The position numbers were made by a program, and so were the translations under genes. A DNA stretch of 64,000 nt from Paraspadella gotoi (lineage: Eukaryota; Animalia; Chaetognatha), in assembly GCA_051294375.1 (NCBI GenBank), contig JBJCIZ010000239.1, positions 3,759,075 to 3,823,074 of the forward strand, in the 5' to 3' direction. Below the pieces are notes generated by a model. It was not told where the DNA came from. It worked only from the letters and a program-made list of their open reading frames with translations, and did not search any database. Shown here in pieces: positions 50,119-64,000 of this stretch; positions within the stretch are counted from its first letter, which is position 1, and the number at the start of each line of letters is the position of its first letter.

Positions 50119-53100
50119 GTCGGCACCCAAATCCATTAAATCTCTTTTAAAGCTTCATCAATCCATTAAATCTCTTCCTTTTTGTCAGTGTCCATTTTTC
50201 GACTTAAAACTTTCTTTCCAACTTCAGTTTCGCTCTAATATGCAATTCGCTCCTCACAACAAAAAATATGTTATCTTCTCACACTGGATGATCGCAGAGA
50301 GTCAGCTGTTGTGTTGGGCGAGATTGCGCTGCGATCAATTGACAAATGAACACAGCGCTGTTAAGAGAAAATAGGGAAACAAAAGGTAATGGACTCGCGT
50401 CTCTCATTGTTTTATAGTATATTATTTGAGTTTTCGGCTTTGGCTAATGAATAAATGGTAAAGCGTACATTTACAGATACATTTCAACGCATACCTTTCA
50501 TAATCGGTACGATAAAGAAACCCTTTTTTTATACTCGAATAACAATAAAAAAAAACGGAAAGTTGATCAACGACTTCATGCTGATTTATAAAAACAAAAA
50601 ACAAAAAAATTAAATCCCCCAAAAAAAGAAAGAAAAGAAGAAAGAAATAAAGTGAGCGACGCTGATCTCCAATTGAAGAACAGACGCGTTCACCAAAAAT
50701 AAAGAAGAAAAAATCTTTCACAACGTTGATTCACTCTCGTTCGCGTATGAGTTACGTTCACAAAAAAAAATATTTACATTTGTGTTTTCGTTAAAAAAAA
50801 AATATTCGTTATTTTACGACGTCTTTTTTGTTCATCCAGCTTCTTTTTTACTTTAACTTAAACTTTGTTATTGTTCATATTAAAATAAATGTTTTATTTT
50901 TCCTCCTACTCGATCTCTCGTTGTATATATTGACTTACTTTAAATCCTAACCCGGGGTCGGGTTCGATCCTATCCGCAAGGAGCGGGTTTCTCAAGGCCT
51001 TCGTGGGAGAGGGAGGCGAGAGTCGATACATTTCTGAATTCGAATGAAGAGAAATGTGGAAATTCGATTGAGCGAATAATTGGGACGGGAGTTGGCTGGG
51101 TGATCTCTTTTACAATTTCTTGAAGATAACTGGAAATGATTTTGTACAAGTATGGCGATGTGATGCACGCTGGGATGGGGATCTCAGTGTTGGCTTCAGG
51201 GTTACCGACCCGCATGACGCCTCAGTCATGGCGCGGTTTATTTCGCTCCTGGTTTCCTATCATTGAAGTAGTATATATTTCAAAGAATGTTTCAATTGTA
51301 CGAAAAGATCCTTAAGTATTAAATAGAAAATACTTAATTTACTCCGACAAGCATAAAAAACAATATATATTTTCTTTTCTCAATTTCCTTTCTCTTCTCT
51401 TTGTCTTTTTTCATCTTTTCATTTCAGTTTTTTTATCGCTTTGTCACGTTTTTCCTTCTTTTTTCCCTTTTCTTCTTCTTTTTTATCTTCCTTTGTTCTC
51501 TTTGTCAACACTTTCTCATGATGTTATCAACCGTCATTGCCTCGCAAGTGCTCGGCCCAAGAGCGTCTCCCAAACTGATTGATTATTAATCGATATGATG
51601 GCAGAAGGTGAACCGCTAGACGACTAAGGCAATTAAAGATCTGTTATCCTCGTTCGTTTCTTCGGCGATTTGGAAAATGTCATCTTAATCAACAAAAATG
51701 TTTCGTTTAAACTTAATTAATCGACACAATTGAATCTTTTTATTTACTAGTCAACTTATAACGTTGACTCGTAAAAACGTTTTTTGATCGTTTATGCCGA
51801 TAATCTTTACAAAATAGAAAGATATGTATGTATGTACAAGTTTCCTCGAAGCCGGTTGAGCTATAAAAAAAAAACTGGTTCCTGGAAATGAAGACGAATC
51901 TTGATTAATTTTCGCGGTTTTTCTTTCGTCGGTTTTTTGATTGGAGCGTCCAATTAACCGAGTTTAAAACAAGAGTTTTTTTTATCAAAAAGAAATTGCG
52001 GAAAATGAGTACGAAAAATCTGTCTTCGTACTTGATTGTTATTTTAACACTTTTGTGCTTTCGGTTTTTTTCTTGACTCGTCAATAGTTATAAATAAAAT
52101 TTACGAAATTAACATTGTTTTAATGGATTAATATTCACTAGGAAATCGTTGTTATTTCTGTTTGTTTAAACCTTAAAAATTCTCGTTTGTCTTTTCAAAG
52201 TTTTATTTAATCGACATTTTGCTATTAAAAAATCGAGCGATGACTTCTTCGGACGGCGCACGCTGGAGACTGGCGCGTAATGCCTAAGTATGCCCTTCAG
52301 AAAAGTCCTCACAGTATGCTTTAAGACGTGCGTATGAAGCTTGTTCTTCGCAGCGACTAGAAACGTGCCGCAATGTTATGCTCGTCGTAAACCGAGCCGC
52401 AAATTCCGCTTCTCACCTTTAGTGACGTCAATATAAAAAAAAACCCTTTGCAAACGAAAAAAAAAGTTAGTGTTAAAAGCGAAAACATTTCGGCACTATT
52501 TTCCATTCCATGCCATTTGTTTTTAGTCTTTAAAGCGAAACTTTTTGGCTATAACAATTATAAAAAGGGCCCTATTTTATTTTGTAATTTTGAACTTAAT
52601 TTTAACCTTAATATCTAACCATTATCTTTACCTAATCTTTCACTTAATCAATTTTCGTAACTCTTACCCGATCTGCCAACCCAACCCTAATCAACTTATT
52701 GCCATTACTAGAAACCTGCATTCACCTAATCCCTGACCAATCTTGAAACTTTTTATAACCTTAACTACTCTGAATTTAACGCCATAATGAGGCGCTTGGA
52801 AAATAGGCAACTTGTCTTCTTCTATTGTTCACTCGAGATTTTTTTTTACTCGACCAACAAATAAAGGAAAAATCAAACAGAGCGGCACACTTGCCAATAG
52901 GCTACTTCGTCCACAAAAAAAAGAAAAAAAATAAATTTACTGAGGTAGAAAAATTATAGTTTTGGGGAGGGTTTATTGCGTATTTCATAAATTTCAAACT
53001 TAAGTCATAAACTACTTCCGCATCGCAAACGTCGACGCAATATTATTTTGTCTCCTTCACTCAAAGTACTTTATATACGTCGTCGTGGTTAACTAACCGG

Positions 53101-53440
53101 TTAGCCGAACAAATAATTCACAAATGTACGATGAAAAACCTTTTAAAGTTTAGAATAGAAGTTCGAACAATTTAGAAAAAAAAAGACATTCACAGTCGTT
53201 TTTAGAAAAAGAACGGTAATTCAATGGATTGCGCCGCAGTGACAGCCTTATCTCGTGTATTTCTTCGTGGACATTGACATGACGTGCCATCATATGACAT
53301 TATTATGACTACAATAACTTTCTTAGCCCGTATTATTGATTAGACACGCACTGCATCGGAATTTTCTCTCTCATCTCTCTCTCTCTCTTTCTCTCTTGTC
53401 CTCCCATACATTTGCGTATTAAAATTTTCCCAATTTATCA

Positions 53441-53488
53441 AAAGCGCTGATGTAAGACTCGAAACAGAGTCGAAAACATGTCTTGTTT
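53441..53488 (+). ncRNA. Degenerate hammerhead motif (identical copy at 61320-61367)
   Basis: CTGATGTAA-GACTC-GAAACA-GAGTC-GAAAAC-AT-GTC. Perfect stem II and single-base insertions in the core. (CT)n tract upstream. Confidence 0.55.
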
Positions 53489-53791
53489 TATAATAAATAA
53501 AATCGTTGTTTGCCCAAAAACAAAATCTCTTTTCTTGTCTTTATTCTTATAGTTTTAGGATTTCCTGAAGGCGGCGCTAGCAGTCCCTTAGAATTGAGGT
53601 TTTTTTTTTTTCAATTTTTTCCTTAACAAATGATTAACTAACTATATGCAAGTATGAGCATTTTACGTAAAGTGGGACGAGACCGACGGGACCCGAGAGA
53701 CAGAAGACCGATCGGAAAGTGAGTACTCCGCGGCGCAACTTTAAAGACACCAGAATCTCTCTCTTTNNNNNNNNNNNNNNNNNNNNNNNNN

Positions 53792-56700
53792 AAAGTGAAC
53801 GGGATCGAGTTTCGGGCGAAAAAGAGTTTTTAGACAAAAATGACGGCGCAACTCTGAAATCACGAACGCGCGAGAAGCGATCAAATTAATGAATTAATCA
53901 ATTAATTAATCAATTTAATGAATTTTGCCTTTTTTTTTGCGAGCGTTCAATTCTATGAATCTTGTAAATTTTCATGAATAGTATTTTTTATATCTTTTAA
54001 TGATAAATAAAAAAAAATATCCAGCCTTTATTTTCAAAACTAAGTTTTCTTAATTTTAAAATTATCCGTCATTTTAAAAATAAAAATTTTTAAGTATATA
54101 ACGCTTTCCCGTTTTAAATGGCGAAGTTATTCTTTTAAGGGGACCGCAGTGATAAAATGATATCATAAGCTTAAGGGTCTATCATCAAAGGAATTTGAAT
54201 GGTGATAGTCATTAATTTTTTTTTGCAGCGGGAAAGTGGCAAAAAAATTTGCTATCTCTTATTGTAGGCGGAAAAAAAAATTTAATAATTATGAAAAAAC
54301 ATTGAGTTGACCCTACCTAAATATTCATATAATCCGTTATTTATTTTTGCATTAGAAAGTATTTTTTACTAAATTCCAAATTTTTATTTTTACTGTACAA
54401 AGCTACAATTTTAGGTTTAAGCCTCATTGAACAAAGGCTTTACAAGACTATTTTTTTTATTTTTTATATTTACTTAAAAGCAGAGACAAATCAAACCTAA
54501 ATTCTATTCTTACAGAAACAAAACTGTAATAATTATTTAAATTTAATATTCATATTCATCCTTTAAATCTATTATTAAACTATATTGATTCTTAATTATA
54601 ATAATTAAAATTTAGCAAAAGGTAAGAATCTTTTCTTTTTTAAATATTTATATTACTTCAAAGAGTTTTATTTTCATTCAATTAACAGAATCATTTAAAG
54701 AAAGTTTAAATAAAATCAGTCGATACCTTAATTTTGATTCATTCCTAGTTTTTTTCTTATAAATTTTTGTAATAAAAGCTGAAAATCTTTTTAAATTAGA
54801 TCTTACCCTTTTTTGAAAATTAAATTGTAAACATTGAAAAAGATTTTCTTCTTAACCGATTTTTTAAAAGAAAATTAAGCTCGCTGATTTTATCGAATTT
54901 TTAACTACTTTCCCAAATGATATAGAGAAAAAATTATATGGTCAGAACCAGCTTAAAGTTTAAAGGGTCAAACGTTATGTTTTCAGCTTTTTACGCCCCT
55001 GTTCACTTGGTCCCCTTAAAGATCGAAAAAACTGGACGAAGCTTTTAATCTTTAAAGAAGCAAAAAAAAAGAAAAGAAAAGAAACAGGAAAATTGAAAAA
55101 AAAAGAAAAGAAAAAGGAAAAAGAATTTCCTTCCGATTGATATTTTCCCGCCAATCACTCATCTCCGTTCGTAACCGTAACGACGACGACGACGACAACG
55201 ATGAGGAAGACGATGATGACGACGACGACGACGACAACGACGACGACGACGAAAACGATGATTAAACGTCAATCGAAAATGACGACCATAACGACAACAA
55301 CGATGATGACGGTAAAAAAGACTCGGATCTTTATTTCGATTTCGCCAAACAAACACAACAACAACAAAAACAACAACAAAAACAACAACAACACTGGCCA
55401 AAAATATTTCTGGATATATCGGCCTTTTTTTTTGTGAAAAAAGATTGGATGCCTCCATCCCTCTAAGAATATAATAACAATTAACAAAAAAAAAACCTTG
55501 CAAGCTTTTAGCCGAGACACTCCGACAGCCTAGTTTATTAAGTCCCAGTGTACCCGGCTTCCCTACCAACAAAACGTTATAATATTTCTAGGAAATTTTA
55601 ATTGTATGAATAATAATTTTTTTTTGTTTAAATAAAAGAGACAATTTGACAGTTAATAAAAGGATCACTTATTTATGAAATTGGTACAACCAATATAAAT
55701 AAGCTATCTTGGCCCTGACTTTGGACGGGCTTTGGTCGTTTAAGGCCTCCATCACTCTTACAAGATAATTACATAGCAGGTCCCTGCAAGCTTTCAATCA
55801 AAGACTCTCTCACAGTCTCGTTTATTCACTCCCAGAGTACCCGGCTTTCCTATCAACGAAGTGGTATACTAATTAAAAGAATATTTCAATTGTATTTTAT
55901 TTTTAAAATACCACCTTAATTACTCTCCTATCCAAGTTTTCTTCCCTTAACCCACTAACTGTAACCAAGACTCGTAAATTGCCGCCCCTTTCAACTCATT
56001 GATTTTTTTTTTTCGCCCAGAAATAAAATTGCCGTCCACGTCATGGTTGCCGGTAGTTTTACAGGGAGACTCGTCAAAAGTTTCTGATTAAAAAAAAAAT
56101 GAAATCGTTAAAAAAATTTGGCAATCTGCTCAATACTATATAAGTTCGTTTCGCTTTTTTTCGAAATAAGTCCCCTTAACTTGCTCCACACACACACCAC
56201 TTAAAAAAAAAAAAAAAAAAAAAAAATTATTTTTTCTGAGTACCCACTGTTAATTTTTTTGTTTCGGTTCACATCGAATCCGAGGTCGCTCCATGGTCGA
56301 CGGAAATTTTCGACCTTGTCGTTGTTTCACAAATGGTCATTTTTGGAAACCGACTTCGTAAAAAATTGGTCTCCCATGTCATCGTCGTCGTCGTCCGTCG
56401 TCGTCGATTCGTCGTCGCTCGTCGTCGTCGTCGTCTGGTTTTGTCATCGTCGTTATTGCGATCCCGGGCACGAATGACGCGTCAATTTGGACCTTCGGGG
56501 TGGAGGGGGCGAGGTGAGAGGGACCCGGTGGGGGGGGGGGGTGGCAGTCGCGAGTTTACGGTCGTGGTTACCGCATTCGAATCCCGATTTAAAAGTCAAA
56601 CGAAGAATTTGTCTTTTTTTCTGAAATCTTTTTTTTGGTATTAAAATTTAATACATTTTGTATTTCTCCTTCATTTCGTCTCTCAGTATTTAATTAAGCA

Positions 56701-57340
56701 CACGTACGGCCAATGTAAAGTGGATAGGGACGTTCTGTTTAATAGTTTTTATTACAATATCAACTTTCCCATAAACGGATTTAGTATAATTTGAGAAGAA
56801 GATTATCGTTTTTTTTTCTGCTCATTATTTTGAAATTTTCAATTGCCAATTTCAATTATGTATCTCAACTAATTACATTTTTTGACGGGTTTTGTAATCG
56901 GACACAAAAGACGGATTTTTTTTCTTCCTCTGTTGAAGATTTTACTTGGTATTTGTATTATTATCGTATTGATATTTTTCCCAATATCATAGGCTCAAAA
57001 CTCCATTATTATAACTTTAATGAAATTGGTAAACAATATTATATGAGAGCGTTAATGGACCGATATAATTCGGTCTGTTTACATTAGTGGGCACGTGGAA
57101 ATGATAACTGATCTTCTTACAACTTTTACATACGGATGTGGTACACTGTCAGTTTTATCGAAATTTATTTCTCTCATCTTTGTTTATTAAATAAAATGTT
57201 TAAAAAAAGTGAAGCTTTGAAAACTTTTCTGAGCAAAATATAATGAATCTACTCAGCGGAAAGCCGGATTTTTTTCCTCTCGGTTATCGGGAAGAGAGAG
57301 AGAGAGAGAAGAGAGAGAGGAAGAGAGTAGAGAGAGAGAG

Positions 57341-57384
<44 letters not shown>

Positions 57385-57767
57385 CTATAAAATACCACGC
57401 CGAATTTTTTCAACTCCCGAAATTAAAAGGAACGAGTATTTCTTTCGTCCAGCGAAACAGAGAAAGAAAAAAATTGGTTGTTTTTTTCTTCGTCAGGTTA
57501 TTTTTGTTTTATTGTTTTTTTTCTTTCTTGGGATGCCGTCAGAGGCGTTCCGCTAAATCAGGATAAAAGATTCCAAAATGGCACCCCGAAACTCGTAATT
57601 AAAAATAAATTAAGACAATTTTAAATTAATATTGATTAGTTCCAGAAAATAGATTTAAAATAAAAACCCGCCCAAAAAACCTGCGGATACATTAATTTCG
57701 ATGGGTTTTAGTTAGTTTTTCCTCCTCTGCTTCTCTCTCTTCTCTTCTCTCTCTCTCTTCTCGTGTA

Positions 57768-57826
<59 letters not shown>

Positions 57827-60800
57827 GTTCGGCACCCCAAATCCATTAAATCTCTTTTAAAGCCTTCTCAAATCCCCATTAAATCTCTTCTTTTTGTCAG
57901 TAGTCTTCCCATTTTCTCGACTTAAAACTTTCTTTCCAACTTCAGTTTCGCTCTAAATATGCAATTCGCTCTCCTCACACAAAAAAATATGTTATCTTCT
58001 CACACTGGATGATCGCAGAGAAGTCAGCTGTCTGTGTTGGGCAGAGATTGCGCTGCGATCAATTGACAAAATGAACAACAGCGCTGTTTAAGAGAAATTA
58101 GGGCAAAACAAAGTAATGAGACTCGGCGTCTCTCATTGTTTTATAGTATATTATTGAAGTTTTCGGCTTTGGCTTAATGAATTAAATGGTAAAGCGTACA
58201 TTTTACAATTACATTTCCAACGCAATACCTTTTCATAACTCGGTACGATAAAGAAACCCTTTTTTTTATACTCGATAACAATTAAAAAAAAAAGCGGAAA
58301 GTTGATCAACGACTTCATGCTGATTTTAAAAACAAAAACAAAAAATTAAATCCCCCAAAAAAAGAAAAGAAAAAGAAAAGAAATAAAGTGAGCGCGCTGA
58401 TCTCCAATTGAGACAGACGCGTTCACAAAAATAAAGAAGAAAAATCTTTCACACACAGTTTCGATTCAAATCTCGTTCGCGTTATGAGTTACAGTTCACA
58501 AAAAAAAATCATTTACATTTGTGTTTTCGTTAAAAAAAAAATATTCGTTATTTACACGCTCTTTTTTGTTCATCAGCTTCTTTTTCTACTTTTAACTTAA
58601 ACTTTGTTATTGTTCATATATAAAATAAATGTTTTATTTTTCCTCCTACTCGATTCTCCTCGTTGTAATATTGACTTAACTTTAAATCCTAACCCTGGGT
58701 CCCGGGTTCGATAACCTATCCCAAGCGAGCCGGGTTTCTCAAGAGCCTTCGTGGGAAGAGGGGAGGCGAAGAGTCGAAACATTTCTGAATTCGAAATGAA
58801 GAGAAATGTCGGGGAAATTCGATTGAGCGAATAATTGGACGGGGAGTGGCTGGGTGATCTTCTTATTACAATTTCTTGAAGGATAACTGGAAATGATATT
58901 TGTAACAAGTATGGCGTAATGTGATGCACGCCTTGGGATGGGGATCTCAGTGTTGGCTTCAGGGTTACCGACCCGCAATGACGCCTCCAGTCAATGTCGC
59001 GGTTTTATTTCGCTCCCTGGTTTCCTTATCATGAAGTAGTCATATATTTCAAAGAATAGTTTCAAATTGTACGAAAAGATCCTTAAGTATTAAATTAGAA
59101 AATATATAATTTTACTCCGCACAAGCATAAAAAACAATATATATTTTCTCTTTCTCAATTTCCTTTTCCTCTTCTTTTGTCTTCTTTCATCTTTTCATTT
59201 CAGTTTTTTTATCGCTTTGTCACGTTTTTCCTTTTTCCTTTTTTTCCCTTTTCTTCTTCCTTATTTATCTTCCTTTGTTCTCTTTGTCAATCATCTTTCT
59301 CATGATTTGTATCCAACGTCATTGCCTTCGCAGAGTGCTCGGCCCAAGAGCGTCTCCAAAACTGATTGATATTAATTCGAATTATGATGAGCAGAGGTGA
59401 CCGCTAGAACGAACTTAGGCAATTTAAAGATCTGTTATCCTCGTTCGTTTCTTCGTGCGATTTGGAAAATGTTCATCTTAATCAAAAAATGTTTCGTTTA
59501 AATTTTAATATTCGACACACTATTGAATCTTTTTTATTTACTAAGTCAACTTATAACGTTTGACTCGTAAAACGTTTATTTGATCGTTTATCGCCGAATA
59601 ATCTTTACAAATAATAGAAAGTATATGGTAATGTTATGTACAAGTTCTCGAAGCCGGTTGAGCTATAAAAAAAAACTGGTTCCTGGAAATGAAGACGAAT
59701 CTTGATTAATTTCGCGGTTATTTCTTTCGTCCGGTTTTCTTGCAATTGACGCGTCAATTAACGAGTTTTAAAACAAGAGTTTTTATTATCAAAAGAAATT
59801 GCGGAAAAATGAGTACGAAAATCTGTCTTCGTACTATGACTTGTTATTATTAACACTTTTTGTGCTTTCGGTTTTTTCTTGACTCGTCAATAGTATATAA
59901 TATAAAATTTACGAATTAACATTGTTTTAATGGATTAATATTCCATAGGAAATTCGTTGTTATTATTTCTGTCTTGTTTAAACCATTAAAATTCTCGTTT
60001 TGTCTTTTCAAAGTTTTATTTAATCAGACATTTTGCTATTAAAATCGAGCGATGGACTTCTTCGGACGGCGCACGCTGGAGACTGCCGTATGCCTAAGTA
60101 TGCCTCAGAAAGATCCTCACAGTATGCTTTTAAAGAGTGCGTATGAAGACTATGTTCTTCCAAGCGACTGAAACGTGCCGCAATGTTATGCTCGTTCGAT
60201 AACCGAGCCGCAAATTCCGCTTCTCACCTTTCGTTGACGTCAAATATAAAAAAAAAAACCCTTTGCCAAACGAAAAAAAAGTTAGTGTTACAAAAGCGAA
60301 ACAATTTCGGCACTATTTTCCATTCTCATGCCCATTTGTTTTTAGTCTTTAAAGCGAAAACTTTTTGGCTATACAATTTATTAAAAAGGGCCCTATTTTA
60401 TTTGTAATTTTGAACTTAATTTATAACCTTATATCTACCATTATCTTTACCTAATCTTTCACTTAATCCAATCTTTCGTAACCTTACCTGATCGCTGATC
60501 CTAATCCCAACCCTAATCTTAACCTTATTTGCCTTCAACTAACCCTGATTCTTAACCTAATCCCTGACCGAATCTTGAAAACCTATTTTTATAACCTTAA
60601 CTAACTCTGATTTACGCCAAATTGATGGCGCTTTTTGGAAATATGGCAACTTGTCTTCTCTTATTGTTTCACTCGAGATTTTTTTTTACTCACGACTCAA
60701 AAAAGTAAGAGGAAAAATCAAACAAGAGCGCACACTTGCTCCAAATAGGTCTACTTTTCGTTCCACAAAAAAATAGGAAAAAAAATGAAATTTGTAACTG

Positions 60801-61625
60801 AGCGTAGAGAAAATGTATTTTTGGGGGGTTTTATTCGTTATTTCATTACAATTTTCAAACTTAAGTTCATAAACTTACTTCCGCATCGCAAACGTCGACG
60901 CAATATTTATTTTTTGTCTCCTTCACTCAAAGTTACTTTTATTCTTCCGTCGTGGTTAACTAACCGTAGCTTAGCCGAACAAATTATCCCCGACAAGATC
61001 TGTGACGATTGAAAAACCTTTTAAGTTTAGAATAGAGTTCGAACAATTTAGAAAAAAAAAGAGCATTTCACAGTCGTTTTTAGAAAACAGAACGGTAATT
61101 CAATGGATTGCGCCGCAGTGACAGCCTTATCTCGTGTATTTCTTCGTGGACATTGACATGACGTGCCATCATATGACATTATTATGACTACAATAACTTT
61201 CTTAGCCCGTATTATTGATTAGACACGCACTGCATCGGAATTTTCTCTCTCATCTCTCTCTCTCTCTTTCTCTCTTGTCCTCCCATACATTTGCGTATTA
61301 AAATTTTCCCAATTTATCAAAAGCGCTGATGTAAGACTCGAAACAGAGTCGAAAACATGTCTTGTTTTATAATAAATAAAATCGTTGTTTGCCCAAAAAC
61401 AAAATCTCTTTTCTTGTCTTTATTCTTATAGTTTTAGGATTTCCTGAAGGCGGCGCTAGCAGTCCCTTAGAATTGAGGTTTTTTTTTTTTCAATTTTTTC
61501 CTTAACAAATGATTAACTAACTATATGCAAGTATGAGCATTTTACGTAAAGTGGGACGAGACCGACGGGACCCGAGAGACAGAAGACCGATCGGAAAGTG
61601 AGTACTCCGCGGCGCAACTTTAAAG
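53792..61625 (+). repeat. ~7.8-kb block, copy 2 (indel-rich)
   Basis: Colinear with 46160-53766 and flanked by 25-N gaps on both sides. Confidence 0.92.
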
Positions 61626-61650
61626 ACACCAGAATCTCTCTCTTTNNNNN

Positions 61651-63039
61651 NNNNNNNNNNNNNNNNNNNNCCTGTAATTTTTTTGTTTCGGTTCCATCCG
61701 ATCCGAGTCGCTCCATGGTCGACGGAATTTTCGACTTTCGTGTTTCACAAATGGTCATTTTGGAAACCGACTTCGTAAAAATTGGTCATCCCCATGTCAT
61801 CGCTCGTCGTCGTCGCGTCGTCGTCGATTGTACGTCGTCTCGTCGTCGTCTGTCGTTGGTTTTGTCATCGTCGTTATTGCGATCCGGACGCACGAATGAA
61901 CGGTCAATTTGGACTTCGGGGGTAGTAGGGGGCGGGTGAGAGGGACCGGTGGGGGGGGGGGGGTGGCAGTCGCCGAGTTACGTCGTGGTTACGACATTCG
62001 AATCCCGATTTAAAAGTCAACGGAAGAATTTGCTCTTTTTTCTGAAATCATTTTTTTGGTATTAAAATTTAATACTTTTGCTATTCTCCTTCATTTCGTC
62101 TCTCGTATTTAATTAGACACACGTACGGCCAATGTAAAGTGGATAGGGCGTTCTGTTTAATATTTGTTATTACAATATCAATTTCCATAAACGGATTTAG
62201 TATAATTTGAGAAAGAGATATCGTTTTTTTTTCTGCTCTTATTTGAAATTTTCAAGTTGCCAATTCAATTAATGTATCTCAACTAATTACATTTTGACGG
62301 GTTTGTAACTCGGACACAAAAGACGGATTTTTTTCTTCCTCTGTGAAGATTTTACTTGGTATTTGTATTATTATCGTATTGTATTTTTTCAATATCATAG
62401 GCTCAAAAAACTGCATTATAAACTTTAATGAAATTGGTACAACCAATATTATATGAGAGACGTTAATGACCGATATAATTCGGTCTGTTTACAATTAGTG
62501 GGCACGTGGAAATGATAAACTGATCTTCTTACAACTTTACATCGATGTGGTACACTGTCAGTTTTATCGAAATTTATTTCTCTCATCTTTTGTTTATTAA
62601 ATAAAATGTTTAAAAAAAGTTGAAGCTTTGAAAACTTTTTCTGAGCAAAAATATAATGAATCCTCTCAGCNNNNNNNNNNTATAAAATCCACGCCGAATT
62701 TTCTTCAACTCCCGAATTAAAAGGAACGAGTTTTCTTTCGTCCAGCGAAACAGAGAAAGAAAAAAAATGGTTTGTTTTTTTCTTCGTCGGTTATTTTTGT
62801 TTTTTGTTTTTTTTTCTTTCTGGATGCCGTCAGAGGCGTTCCGCTAAATCAGGAAAAGATTCCAAAATGGCACCCGAAACTCGAATTAAATAAATTAAGA
62901 CAATTTTAAATTAATATTGATTAGTTCCAGAAAATAGATTAAAATAAAAACCCGCCCAAAAAACCTGCGATAATTAATTTTTCGATTGGGTTTTAGTTAG
63001 TTTTTCCTCCTCGCCTTCTCTTCTCTTCTCTCTCTCTCT

Positions 63040-63102
<63 letters not shown>

Positions 63103-64000
63103 GTTCGGCACCCCAAATCCCATTAAATCTCTTTTAAAGCCTTCATCAAATCCCATTAAATCTCTTCCTTTTTGTCAGTGTCTCCCATTTTCTCGACTTA
63201 AAACTTTCTTTCCAACTTCAGTTTCGCTCTAAATATGCAATTCGCTCCTCACAACAAAAAATATGTTATCTTTCTCACACTGGATGATCGAGAGAGTCAG
63301 CTGTTGTGTTGGGCGAGATTGCGCTGCGATCAATTGACAAATGAACACAGGCGCTGTTTAAGAGAAAATAGGGAAAACAAAAGGTAATGAGACTCGCGTC
63401 TCTCATTGTTTTATAGTATAATTATTTGAGTTCTCGGCTTTGGCTAATGAATAAATGGTAAAGCGATACATTTTACAATACATTTCAACGCAATACCTTT
63501 CATAACTCGGTACGATAAAAGAAAACCCTTTTTTTATACTCGATAACAATAAAAAAAAAACGCGGAAAAGTTGATCAACGACTTCATGCTGATTTATAAA
63601 ACAAAAAACGTTTTTTGATCGTTTATCGCCGAATAAATCTTTACAAAATAAGAAAGATATGTATTTGTATGTACAAGTTCCTCGAACCGGTTGAGCTATA
63701 AAAAAAACTGCGTTCCTGGAATGAAACGAAATCTTGATTAATTTTCGCGGTTTTTCTTCGTCCGGTTTTCTGATTGACGCCGTCGCAATTAACGAGTTAA
63801 AACAAAGAGTTTTTATTAATCAAAAAGAAATTGCGGGAAAAATGAGTACGTAAAAATCGTCTTCTTTACTTGACTTGTTATTTAACACTTTTTGCTTTCG
63901 GTTTTTCTTGGACTCGTCAATAGTTATTAAAATAAAAAAAGTTTACGATTAACATTGTTTTAATGATTTAATATTCACTAGAAATCGTTGTTATTTTCTT
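61651..64000 (+). repeat. Partial third copy of the block (about 48596-50600 joined to about 51775-52160)
   Basis: Starts CCTGTAATTTTTTTGTTTCGG as at 48596. Jumps near 63608 to the sequence found at about 51775. Confidence 0.88.

Larger units (their letters stand above)
46160..53766 (+). repeat. ~7.6-kb block, copy 1
   Basis: Starts AAAGTGAACGGGATCGAG and ends CAGAATCTCTCTCTTT at an N-gap. Repeated at 53792-61625. Confidence 0.92.

Noticed and set aside
50940-51270. tRNA gene or tRNA-derived SINE suggested by the B-box-like GGTTCGATCC
   Set aside because: No cloverleaf or clear A box, and no independent copy outside the duplicated block.

Overview
Eukaryotic (intron-rich, probably invertebrate animal) scaffold with AT-rich introns, GC/CpG-rich exons, many (GA)n/(GAC)n tracts, N-gaps and apparent long-read indel errors. 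Hand-spliced genes in 1-44.6 kb: MFSD8/CLN7-like MFS transporter (-, runs off the left edge); a 201-aa PDZ-only PDLIM/Zasp-type protein (+) whose first intron holds a GC-rich ~246/249-bp tandem array; a highly divergent 14-3-3 (-); an omega-class glutathione transferase (+) with a complete clan-2 cytochrome P450 nested antisense in its second intron; and two more tandem MFSD8-like transporters (+). From ~46.1 kb the window is a ~7.6-kb block without a recognisable gene, present twice plus a partial third copy and bounded by N-gaps, probably assembly redundancy. Mobile DNA includes minimal hammerhead-ribozyme motifs of the Penelope type beside (GA)n tracts, a 4-bp-TSD element nested in another repeat, a TTAA-flanked TIR element and MITEs. 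Most notable: the nested GST-omega/P450 pair next to transporters, the hammerhead family, the intronic array and the atypical 14-3-3. All coordinates were read by eye and no searches were run.
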